Below are positions 54,970-63,379 of a DNA stretch of 64,000 nucleotides, piece by piece. Every line of letters starts with the position of its first letter. Position 1 is the first letter of the stretch. The translations under genes and the position numbers were made by a program. The stretch covers positions 474,586 to 538,585 of the forward strand of contig JAXLWU010000001.1 of assembly GCA_046328335.1 (NCBI GenBank), written 5' to 3'. The notes under the pieces were generated by a model. The model ran no database searches and was not told where the DNA came from. It was given only the letters and a program-made list of their open reading frames with translations. This DNA comes from Thermomicrobiales bacterium. GTDB lineage: Bacteria > Chloroflexota > Chloroflexia > Thermomicrobiales > UBA6265.

Positions 54970-55503
54970 CTACGGAGTGGTGCCGATCACGGCGCTACCG
55001 CCGTCACCGCCGGCGCCGCCTTCGCCACCTTCACCGATGCCGGTGGCGTTGCTCTTGTTGTTGTTCTTGTCCGAGTTGTTGATTCGGACGTTGAGATCTG
55101 GCGGTTCGGGCGAAGCCGGTGTCGCCTGCCCACCATCGCCACCGTCCGCGGTGGCAATTGGCGGTCCTACGTCCAACGTTACATTGACGTCGGTCGGGTA
55201 GTCGATTTCACCGCCATTGATCTCGGCCGGCCCGGAGATATCGCCAGTTTGAATGGAGTTTCCGGTGTTTTCGCCGGTGACGATCTCACCGATGTTGACG
55301 TTGCCGCCGGATGTCGCCGTCGCGATGCCACCGTTGCTGGCGCCCGTATTGACTGGACCCGTGGTTTCCGCGGCCGCGGCCCCGGTCAACAGCCCAGCAC
55401 CGATCAACGCGACGGCAGCCGCGCGGCCGAAGCGACGAACGGCGTCTTCCCGCAACGCCAGTTGCCACACGTTGGCGCGCCAAATCTTGCCAATTGGCTG
55501 CAT
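54970..55503 (-). CDS. Secreted Gly/Asn/Thr-rich hypothetical protein
   Basis: RRFGRAAAVALIGAGLLTGAAAA leader, then low-complexity GGNVNIGEIVTGENTGNSIQTGDISG. ATG at 55503. Confidence 0.55.
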   Translation of the reverse strand: MQPIGKIWRANVWQLALREDAVRRFGRAAAVALIGAGLLTGAAAAETTGPVNTGASNGGIATATSGGNVNIGEIVTGENTGNSIQTGDISGPAEINGGEIDYPTDVNVTLDVGPPIATADGGDGGQATPASPEPPDLNVRINNSDKNNNKSNATGIGEGGEGGAGGDGGSAVIGTTP

Positions 55504-55703
55504 GGACCCCTCCCGTCCCGCCCCACGTGGCTGCCGTTCCCTCCAGGTATTTCCGAGCGGGCGCTCGTCCATAACCGGCGACAACCAACCTCGGGAGGCT
55601 GGCTCAATTTCCCCAGATGAACCTAGCACCGCGAGGCAGCGCTGTCAATCTGTTCAACGCACGTGATTCGCGTGATGGGTACCGTTGCGCACTCGCGCCG
55701 CGG

Positions 55704-56702
55704 TCACCCCGGCGTTTCCCGCAATGTCTCGAACTCGATACGTGAAGGTACCCAGCCGCGGAGGACCTCGCCCTCGTCCGGGACATCCACCGTTGAGGGG
55801 CAGTCAGCAGGGATGACGATCGTTTCGCCGCGCCCCGCTTCGATCTCGATCTCGCTCGTGATCACCCGGGCGGAGCCCTCCAGGCACGTGAGGACGTGCG
55901 GACTGGCGATAGCCGGAAGGGGTACGTCAGCCCTGCCCTCGGCGCTGATCTTTTCGAGCGCGAACCAGGGTGTGGCCAGCAGAAGGTCGCGGCCACGCTG
56001 GCCACCTGGCATCGGACGCGGTTCGATCGGTCTTGGTTGTAAGGATGGATCGAGCGCGGCGAAGCCTTCATCATGATGGAGCGCGCGCGGTCGTCCCGTT
56101 TCGTCCCGCCGGCCCCAGTCGTCGAGACGGAATGTGACATTCGACGGCTGCTGAATTTCGTAGAGGGTGATCCCGGCGCCGGGAGCGTGGATCGTCCTGG
56201 CGGGAACGAGCACGGTCATGCCGGGCGTGACTGGTACCTGTCGCAGGAGCTGCGCTGCCGATCCGTCCTGGCGACGGCATGCAGCGAGAAATTCTGGCGT
56301 GGCGACATCCGGCTTCAGCCCGAGGAAGAGCACGCTGCCCGGTTCGGCCGCCAGGATGTAGTACGCCTCGGTCTTGCCGGTGCCGATTCCGGCCGCCGCA
56401 GCGATCGTGTCATCCGGATGAACCTGAATCGAGAGATGCGTCTCGCTGGTGATGAACTTGATCAGCAGCGGGAAGATGACCTGGCCGCCGGTGGCGCGCA
56501 ACCCGTCGGCCCCGACCCACGCGGCGGGATCGATGGCGGCGAGGGAGTCCAGCGTCTGTCCCGAGAAGGGGCCGGTGGCGACGATCGAGCGGGGCGAAGC
56601 AAGGTGCGCTTCCCCAAAGCGGCCCGCGGCGGGCAGATCGATACCGAGGTCAGCCAGGTTCCGGCCACCCCAGGGTTTGGGATCGAGCCAGGGCTTGACC
56701 AG
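55704..56702 (-). CDS. Class I mannose-6-phosphate isomerase (start codon problem)
   Basis: PVLVKPWLDPKPWGGRNL...FPLLIKFITSETHLSIQVHPDD...EAYYIL. The conserved N-terminus has no in-frame ATG/GTG/TTG. The only candidates are CTG at 56702 or a frameshift from the ATG at 56793. Confidence 0.7.
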   Translation of the reverse strand: MVKPWLDPKPWGGRNLADLGIDLPAAGRFGEAHLASPRSIVATGPFSGQTLDSLAAIDPAAWVGADGLRATGGQVIFPLLIKFITSETHLSIQVHPDDTIAAAAGIGTGKTEAYYILAAEPGSVLFLGLKPDVATPEFLAACRRQDGSAAQLLRQVPVTPGMTVLVPARTIHAPGAGITLYEIQQPSNVTFRLDDWGRRDETGRPRALHHDEGFAALDPSLQPRPIEPRPMPGGQRGRDLLLATPWFALEKISAEGRADVPLPAIASPHVLTCLEGSARVITSEIEIEAGRGETIVIPADCPSTVDVPDEGEVLRGWVPSRIEFETLRETPG

Positions 56703-57042
56703 GACCGGCTGCGCTGGACTGGACGCGGAAACCGATATGTCGTTGTTCGTGGCCGCCCTCCCGCATCGTTCCCGCGAATGGAGTGATCTTCATCGGTACG
56801 TTGCAAGTATCGGCGTTCGTCAGCCGAAATCCGGCGAAGACCGCCCTGTCGCCGAACATCCAGGACTCGCCTGACAAGGACCATGCCGCCTGGGCCCAAT
56901 CAGACCTCCTGGCTCGGTCCTCATGAACCGGTCAGCGACGGCCGGCAAGCAGGTGACGACGTTTCCAACCGAGCGGGCGATTCGGACAGGGAGTGATGCG
57001 AACCTGAGAAGTCCCGGCGTGCAAGGCACGCTTACCGTCTGA

Positions 57043-57108
57043 TGAAAATTCTTTCAAGCGCAAGAGGTATGAAAATACTTTCGGGCAGTGCGATTTTTCG
57101 CAAAATCG
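57043..57108. promoter_or_regulatory. Operator-like repeats in the divergent PMI / kinase control region
   Basis: TGAAAATTCTTTCA (57043-57056) and TGAAAATACTTTCG (57070-57083), 27 bp apart. Perfect palindrome CGATTTT-TCGC-AAAATCG (57091-57108). AT-rich island in GC-rich DNA. Confidence 0.45.
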
Positions 57109-57119
57109 GCGTTGCGCGA

Positions 57120-57149
57120 TTGACAGGCACCCAGAGGTTCCCATAGAGT
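57120..57149 (+). promoter_or_regulatory. Candidate promoter of the kinase/ABC operon
   Basis: Consensus TTGACA (57120-57125), 18 nt, TAGAGT (57144-57149). About 75 nt upstream of the ATG at 57224. Confidence 0.5.
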
Positions 57150-57223
57150 TCCGGAAATTGGCTGGCACAATGCACGATGGCCCACGAAGGGCAGAAGACG
57201 ACCGGGAGGACGGGACTGACGCG

Positions 57224-58813
57224 ATGCGCGCGCTGATCGGCGTCGACATCGGCACCCAGGGATCCAAGGGCGCTCTGATTTCAGGCGATGGGCGTCTGCT
57301 TGCCTCCCATTCGATCGAGACCGAGTTGCTGGTGCCGCGCCCGGGGTGGGCCGAGCACGACGCCGACAAGGTCTGGTGGTCGAGTTTCGTCACCATTGTC
57401 AAACGTCTCCTCGCGGAATCGCAGATCGCTCCAACCGACATCTGCGGTATCGGCGTCAGTGGTCTGATGCCGGTGATGCTGCCAGTCGACGAACGGCTGC
57501 AGCCGCTGCGCACCGCGCTGCTCTACTCCGATCTGCGCGCTCATGCCGAAATGGAAGAGATGAACGCCTGGGTCAAGCGCGACGGACAGCCGTCGCTCGT
57601 CGCTCATGACGTCGGTCCCAAGGCCGCCTGGTTCCGCGAGCATCAGCCGGAACTCTGGCGGCGGACCTGGAAACTGCTCGGCACGCAGAGTTACGTCGTC
57701 GCCAAGTTGACAGGCCGCGTCGTCATCGATTCGATCACCGCCTTCGGCATGCGACCGCTCTTCAATATGGAACGGCGGGACTGGGACGTACTGGCCTGTG
57801 ACCGCGCCGGTGTTCCCTTTGCCATGCTGCCCGAGATCGTGGAGATGTCCGACATCGTCGGCGGAGTCACGCCGGAGGCCGCCGCGGAGACCGGATTGGC
57901 GGCGGGCACCCCGGTGATCGGCGGTCTCACGGACTACTTCGCCGAGTTGATGAGCACCGGCGGTGGCGAGCCGGGCGACGTGGTCGTCACCTATGGCACG
58001 ACGCTCTGTCTGACCGCGTTTTCCGACGAACCGATCGGTCCTTGCCCAGGGATGGGACAGTCGATCCTGGGCAACCGGGACATGGAAGGTCTCTACCCCG
58101 GAATCTACGGCGTCGGCGGCGGCATGGCCACCTCCAGCGCCCTAACCCGCTGGTTCCGCGACCGCTTCAGTTCGGATTACGTCCGCGCGGAACGGGAGTT
58201 GGGCGAGAACGCCTATGCGCTGCTGGCCGCTGACGCCGCGGCGACGCCGCCCGGGGCGGCGGGGTTGATCGTGTTGCCGTACTTCAGCGGGGAGCGCTCC
58301 CCGATTCATGACGACCAGGCGCGGGGAGTCATCTTTGGGCTGACGCTCAGTCATGGCCGCGGTCACATCTACCGGGCACTGCTGGAAGGCGTGGCCTACG
58401 GCCTCCAGCACAACCTGGATATGGTTCGGGCAGCGGGTGTGCCCCTGCGCCGCATCGTCGCCACGGGGGGCGGCTCCCGCAGCGAACTCTGGACCCAGAT
58501 CGTCAGCGATGTCACCGGTCTGCCGCAGGTCATCATCGCCCCCAGTAATGCCGCGCTCGGCGCCGCATTCATGGCCGGATACGCTCGAGGTGTCTTCCAT
58601 CATGTGCCCGACGTGCGCCAATGGGCGCGACCACAGAGGGAGGTGTACCCCCGCGAAGCGGTCCACGAGGTGTACCAGCGGTATTACGCGATTTATCGGC
58701 GGCTCTACGAGCAGACGAAAGACGAGATGCACGATCTCGCCCGTCTCAGCGAGGAGACGCTGGGGGCAGCGGCACACGTAGCCGCTCCCTCGCTGACAAA
58801 TCAGGCTTCCTGA
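57224..58813 (+). CDS. FGGY-family carbohydrate kinase (xylulokinase-like)
   Basis: LIGVDIGTQGSKGAL, GWAEHDADKVWW, GGGMATSS, ATGGGSRSELWTQI. ATG at 57224 with GGGAGGA upstream. Confidence 0.88.
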   Translation: MRALIGVDIGTQGSKGALISGDGRLLASHSIETELLVPRPGWAEHDADKVWWSSFVTIVKRLLAESQIAPTDICGIGVSGLMPVMLPVDERLQPLRTALLYSDLRAHAEMEEMNAWVKRDGQPSLVAHDVGPKAAWFREHQPELWRRTWKLLGTQSYVVAKLTGRVVIDSITAFGMRPLFNMERRDWDVLACDRAGVPFAMLPEIVEMSDIVGGVTPEAAAETGLAAGTPVIGGLTDYFAELMSTGGGEPGDVVVTYGTTLCLTAFSDEPIGPCPGMGQSILGNRDMEGLYPGIYGVGGGMATSSALTRWFRDRFSSDYVRAERELGENAYALLAADAAATPPGAAGLIVLPYFSGERSPIHDDQARGVIFGLTLSHGRGHIYRALLEGVAYGLQHNLDMVRAAGVPLRRIVATGGGSRSELWTQIVSDVTGLPQVIIAPSNAALGAAFMAGYARGVFHHVPDVRQWARPQREVYPREAVHEVYQRYYAIYRRLYEQTKDEMHDLARLSEETLGAAAHVAAPSLTNQAS

Positions 58814-58902
58814 CACCCACCTTCGGAGACGGCGCGACCGGGCATGGGCCTGGCGGGCCGCCACCGCCCGAAGCGGGTGTATTCGGTAGCGATGGAGGAC
58901 GT

Positions 58903-60300
58903 ATGAACCTGCACCAGCGCACAAATCGGCGTCGCTTTGTCCAAGGTGCCGCCGCCGGCGCCGCGGCAGTCAGCGCGAGCTGGATGCCAACCCGCACCGA
59001 CCGCATCCGGGCGATGCAGGACAACTTCGACTGGAAGCAGTTTGGCGGCGGCGAAGTTCGCCTCATCCTGAACAAGCACCCCTACACCGAGTCGCTCCTG
59101 CCGCTGCTGCCGGAGTTCACGGACTTGACCGGGATCAACGTGCCTGAACCGTTGATTCTGCCGGAGGGCGAGTACTTCCAGAAGTTGCTGCTCGACCTTT
59201 CCACCGGCGCCGGAGAGTTCGACGCGTTCATGACCGGCCCCTACGTCCACTGGTCGTATGACAGCGCCGGCTGGACGGAGCCGCTCGAGGGCTACCTCAA
59301 CGACCCGAACATGACTTCGCCGGATTACGACGCGGCCGACATCTTCCCCGGCCTCATGGACGCCAACAAGTGGGATCTCACTCTCGGCGGTGGTGTTGGC
59401 AAGGGCAGCCAGTGGGCCATCCCGGTCATGGTCGAGACCTACGTTCAGTCGTACCGCAAGGACATCTACGACGAATTGGGGATCGAAGCCGGTTCAACGA
59501 TCGAAGCCTGGCGGGAGGCCAATGCCAAGGCCACCAGCGGCGATGTCAAGGGCATCATCGTGCGCGGTGAGCGCGGCGGCGGCATGACCGGCACCGGCTT
59601 CATCTCCACCTTCCTCGGTTATGGCGGCGTCGTGCTCGACCAGGATTTGGTCTGCCAGATCAACTCCCCCGAGGGCGTGCACGTGGCCGAGCAGTATTGC
59701 GCCTCGGTCAAGGAATCTGGGCCGGCCGGTTGGGCAAACGTCACCTGGTACGAGGGCCAGGAGAGCTTTGCCAACGGCAGCTACGCGCAGTACATGGACT
59801 GCGACTTCTTCAACGCCCTCTACGACGATCCGGACAAGTCGCAGGTGGCGGGCAAGGTCGGTTTTGCGCACTGCCCGCATGCGGACGATCACGATCCGGT
59901 CAGCTCGCTGTGGACCTGGGCGCTGGCGATGAGCTCCAAGGCACAGGACAAGAACGCCGCCTGGTACTTCCTGCAGTGGGCGACCATGAAGGATCAGATG
60001 CTGGTGGCGACGGTCGAGGGCCGCAACTACAACCCGACCCGCGCTTCCGTCTTCGATGACGAGGCCGTGCAGAAGACGATGGGTGGATGGGCGAATGGCA
60101 CCTATCTGCCGGTCGTCCTAGAGAACCTCAACGGCTTCGCGCAGATCGGGTGGCCCCCGGAACCGGAGAACACCTTCGTTTCCACCCGCTGGGATCAGGC
60201 GCTCCAGGAGATCTGGGCCGGCGACGATGCTCAGTCCGCGCTCGACAAGGCAAAGGACGACATCGACGCCCACCTCGTCGAAACGGGCGTGCGATCGTAG
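58903..60300 (+). CDS. CUT1-type ABC sugar substrate-binding protein with a Tat-like signal
   Basis: MNLHQRTNRRRFVQGAAAGAAAVSAS. Family-1 solute-binding fold features. ATG at 58903 with GGAGGA upstream. Confidence 0.85.
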   Translation: MNLHQRTNRRRFVQGAAAGAAAVSASWMPTRTDRIRAMQDNFDWKQFGGGEVRLILNKHPYTESLLPLLPEFTDLTGINVPEPLILPEGEYFQKLLLDLSTGAGEFDAFMTGPYVHWSYDSAGWTEPLEGYLNDPNMTSPDYDAADIFPGLMDANKWDLTLGGGVGKGSQWAIPVMVETYVQSYRKDIYDELGIEAGSTIEAWREANAKATSGDVKGIIVRGERGGGMTGTGFISTFLGYGGVVLDQDLVCQINSPEGVHVAEQYCASVKESGPAGWANVTWYEGQESFANGSYAQYMDCDFFNALYDDPDKSQVAGKVGFAHCPHADDHDPVSSLWTWALAMSSKAQDKNAAWYFLQWATMKDQMLVATVEGRNYNPTRASVFDDEAVQKTMGGWANGTYLPVVLENLNGFAQIGWPPEPENTFVSTRWDQALQEIWAGDDAQSALDKAKDDIDAHLVETGVRS

Positions 60301-60307
60301 TGTGTCG

Positions 60308-60339
60308 GAGAACCGGGCCGCATCAGCGGCCCGGTTCTC
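60308..60339 (+). terminator. Intra-operon hairpin (attenuator or partial terminator) after the SBP gene
   Basis: Perfect 14-bp stem GAGAACCGGGCCGC/GCGGCCCGGTTCTC with a 4-nt loop, followed by ATTATC. Confidence 0.55.
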
Positions 60340-60365
60340 ATTATCGCGAGGCAGGCGACTGATCG

Positions 60366-61301
60366 ATGGCAACCCTCGCCCCATCGGTGAAACGAGAGGT
60401 TTCGGCGGGTCAGGCGCCCGACCGGGACATGACCGAGAAGTCAGACATCCGGGCCGGTCGGCTGATGATGATCCCGGCATTGATCATCCCGGCATTGCTC
60501 GCCCTGGTGTTCTTCTTCGGTATTTATCTGACATTGCGTAATCGCCGCCTGAATCGCGGCGATCTCGGTTTTGTTGGTCTGGAGAACTACTGGAAACTCC
60601 TGCATGACGACAAGTTCTGGCATTCGCTTTCGCTGACGCTGAAGTTCACGCTCACCGACGTAACGATCGAACTGGTGCTGGCGACCCTGATGGCGCTGGC
60701 GCTCAGCCAGCCGTTGCGCGGAGTACGTATTTACCGCGCGTTGCTGATCATTCCCTTGATGACGCCGCCGGTCGTCGGCGCGCTGGTCTGGAAAGTCCTC
60801 TATCGTTCCGGGAATGGTGGATTCTTCAACTACTTTCTCTGGGAAGCCGGTCTGCCGATGCAGGGATTCATCGGCGATCCGGCGCAGGCGATCTTCAGCC
60901 TGGTGGTGATCGATGTCTGGCTCTACTTACCATTCGTGGCGATCATCCTCTTATCTGGGTTACAGACGTTGCCCCAGGAGCAACTCGACGCCGCCAAAGT
61001 CGATGGCGCCTCAGGTTGGCAGATCTTCTGGCAAATCCAGCTGCCGTACATGATCCCGTTCTACGTCGTTGCCCTCTTCTTCCGGGTCATCGACTCTCTC
61101 AACGTCTTCGACACGATCTACGGCACCACGAAAGGCGGACCTGGAGACTCGACGCGGGTGCTCGCCATCAATGGCTACGAGACCGCGTTCCCGTTCTTCA
61201 ACCTGTCCGGTGGCGCGGCCACATTCGTCATGCTCTGGGTCCTGTGCACGGTGGCCGGCTCACTGCTGTACACCCTGGTCAAGCGGTCCCAAACGGCCTG
61301 A
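60366..61301 (+). CDS. Sugar ABC permease (MalF-like)
   Basis: Six TM segments. EAA loop QEQLDAAKVDGASGWQIFWQIQLP. Alternative start at 60429. Confidence 0.88.
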   Translation: MATLAPSVKREVSAGQAPDRDMTEKSDIRAGRLMMIPALIIPALLALVFFFGIYLTLRNRRLNRGDLGFVGLENYWKLLHDDKFWHSLSLTLKFTLTDVTIELVLATLMALALSQPLRGVRIYRALLIIPLMTPPVVGALVWKVLYRSGNGGFFNYFLWEAGLPMQGFIGDPAQAIFSLVVIDVWLYLPFVAIILLSGLQTLPQEQLDAAKVDGASGWQIFWQIQLPYMIPFYVVALFFRVIDSLNVFDTIYGTTKGGPGDSTRVLAINGYETAFPFFNLSGGAATFVMLWVLCTVAGSLLYTLVKRSQTA

Positions 61302-61315
61302 ACGGAGGGTTGTCG

Positions 61316-62239
61316 ATGCAGGCCACAGCCTCTGCAACTCCGGTTGTCGTCTCGCCACAGCGCAGCGGGATGTCTCGCCAGACAAAAGAGAAGATCAGGC
61401 ACGCACTTCTTCATGTCGGGCTAATTACCTACTTCGCGATTACTTTGCTGCCGTTCGTCTGGACGTTCGTCACGTCGCTCAAGCGATCCAAGGATGTCTC
61501 GGCGGCGCCGCTGAAACTCTTCTTCGAACCAACCCTGGACAACTACAAAGCGGTTTTGTTCAACCAATACAGCGCGGATTCCGCGCTTGCCCGGGTGCGT
61601 GTGGATATCCCCGGAGCGTTCCTGAACTCGCTCATCATCGCGGGGGGCGCCACCTTGCTGGCAATGATTCTGGGCAACCTTGCCGCGTTCGCGCTGGCGA
61701 AGTACCAGATGCCTGAGCGAGAGGTCTACGCGTTCTTCTTCCTGGCCTTCCGCTTCGCGCCGGTCTTCGTGTTCATCATTCCGATGTTTCTGATCTACCA
61801 GCAAATTGGTCTGTACAACACGCATCTGGGCCTCATTCTCATCAATCAGGTGATCGCGATCCCCTTGATCGTCTGGGTGATGCGATCGTTCTATGAATCG
61901 ATTCCGTCCGAGTTATTCGATGCTGCCGCCCTCGATGGGGCATCTCGCATGCAGATGCTGCGGCAGATCGCGTTGCCGCTGGCGGCGCCAGGACTCGCGG
62001 CGACGGCCGTCCTGGCGTTTATCGCCTGCTGGAACAACTTCGTTTTCCCATTCCTGCTCGGAGCCAAGCAGACCCAAACGATCACGCTGGCGACGATCAC
62101 CTTTATCGGCTACGAAGAAGTGGCCTGGGGCATGATGACGGCGGCGGCGATCGTCACCATCGTCCCTGAGCTCATTCTGGCGATGCTTGTGCAACGGCAC
62201 ATCGTCCGCGGCTTGACCTACGGCGCGGTCAAGGAATAG
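61316..62239 (+). CDS. Sugar ABC permease (MalG-like)
   Basis: LPFVWTFVTSLK. EAA loop SELFDAAALDGASRMQMLRQIALP. ATG at 61316. Confidence 0.88.
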   Translation: MQATASATPVVVSPQRSGMSRQTKEKIRHALLHVGLITYFAITLLPFVWTFVTSLKRSKDVSAAPLKLFFEPTLDNYKAVLFNQYSADSALARVRVDIPGAFLNSLIIAGGATLLAMILGNLAAFALAKYQMPEREVYAFFFLAFRFAPVFVFIIPMFLIYQQIGLYNTHLGLILINQVIAIPLIVWVMRSFYESIPSELFDAAALDGASRMQMLRQIALPLAAPGLAATAVLAFIACWNNFVFPFLLGAKQTQTITLATITFIGYEEVAWGMMTAAAIVTIVPELILAMLVQRHIVRGLTYGAVKE

Positions 62240-62299
62240 GCGCGTCGGGGTAGTAGACGCCGTGGCCAGAAGCGGCCGCGGCAGGAGGAGGAACGAGCG

Positions 62300-63307
62300 T
62301 TGAAGGCGGCTCTGCTCTATGGCATCGGCGACCTGCGTCTGGTCGACATTCCAACGCCGGAATACACGGACGATGAGGTCCTGATGCGCGTAACGGTCTG
62401 CGCGGTCTGCCCGACCGACATCCGGAAGTATCGGGTGGGCAACGGCGGCGTCTCGCAGTTTCCGTTCAACATGGGTCACGAGTGGGTCGGGGAAGTGGTC
62501 GAAGTCGGCAAGAATGTCACCGACGTCAAGGCCGGCGACCGCCTTCTCGGCGGTGGGTACGCGGGCTATGCCGAGTACGCGCCGCTAGGTGGCATGGGGC
62601 TGCGCCCGGTCGGGGGCAAGCCGCTGGTGATTCCGGCTGACGTTACCGACGAAGAAGCGACCTTTGTCGAGCCGTTGGCTGACGCGGTGCACTCGATCGT
62701 CGATCAAGGCAAAGTGAAGATCGGCGATACGGTGCTGATTCTCGGCGCCGGCCAACTCGCGCTGCAGCACGTCATGGTTGCCAAGGCGGTCGGTGCGACG
62801 GTCATCGTCAGCGAGCCGATTGCCGAGCGCCGCGAACTGGCCAAGAAATTTGGCGCCGACTACGTGGTCGATGGCACCTCGACAGAAGACGTCGTTGCCC
62901 GCGTTCACGAGTTGACCAACGGCAAGGGCGCGGATGCGGCCATCGTGACGGTTGGTCTGCCAGAGCCTTCGGTGACCGCTTTGGCCGCGGTGCGGCCGCG
63001 GGCGCGGATCGTGCTCTTTGGTGGATTCGACCGCGGGGTGATGACGACCCTCGATCTCAACATCATTCACTACAAGGAGATCGAGTTGACCGGCAGCTAT
63101 TGGGTGGGCGTTCCCCCGTATGGCAATCCCGATCTCTATGGCGTCGCGATCAAGTTGATCCAGGACAAGAAGGTGCGCGTGGCTGATTTGATCACCCACC
63201 GCATGCAACTGGACGATATCCATAGCGCCTTCGACGCCATTCGCACCAAGACCGGGCTCAAGGCGATCATTTACATCGGCACGCCGTTGAACGGCAGCGC
63301 CTCCTAG
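62300..63307 (+). CDS. Zn-dependent MDR alcohol/polyol dehydrogenase (sorbitol/threonine dehydrogenase-like)
   Basis: VCAVCPTD, GHEWVGEVVEVG, GAGQLALQ Rossmann motif. TTG start. Confidence 0.85.
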   Translation: MKAALLYGIGDLRLVDIPTPEYTDDEVLMRVTVCAVCPTDIRKYRVGNGGVSQFPFNMGHEWVGEVVEVGKNVTDVKAGDRLLGGGYAGYAEYAPLGGMGLRPVGGKPLVIPADVTDEEATFVEPLADAVHSIVDQGKVKIGDTVLILGAGQLALQHVMVAKAVGATVIVSEPIAERRELAKKFGADYVVDGTSTEDVVARVHELTNGKGADAAIVTVGLPEPSVTALAAVRPRARIVLFGGFDRGVMTTLDLNIIHYKEIELTGSYWVGVPPYGNPDLYGVAIKLIQDKKVRVADLITHRMQLDDIHSAFDAIRTKTGLKAIIYIGTPLNGSAS

Positions 63308-63379
63308 CATTCGGCAACGATGCACCGGATATTGCTGGCGGGTTGACCGCCAACGTCGCACAAAGGGGGATCTCAGGGA

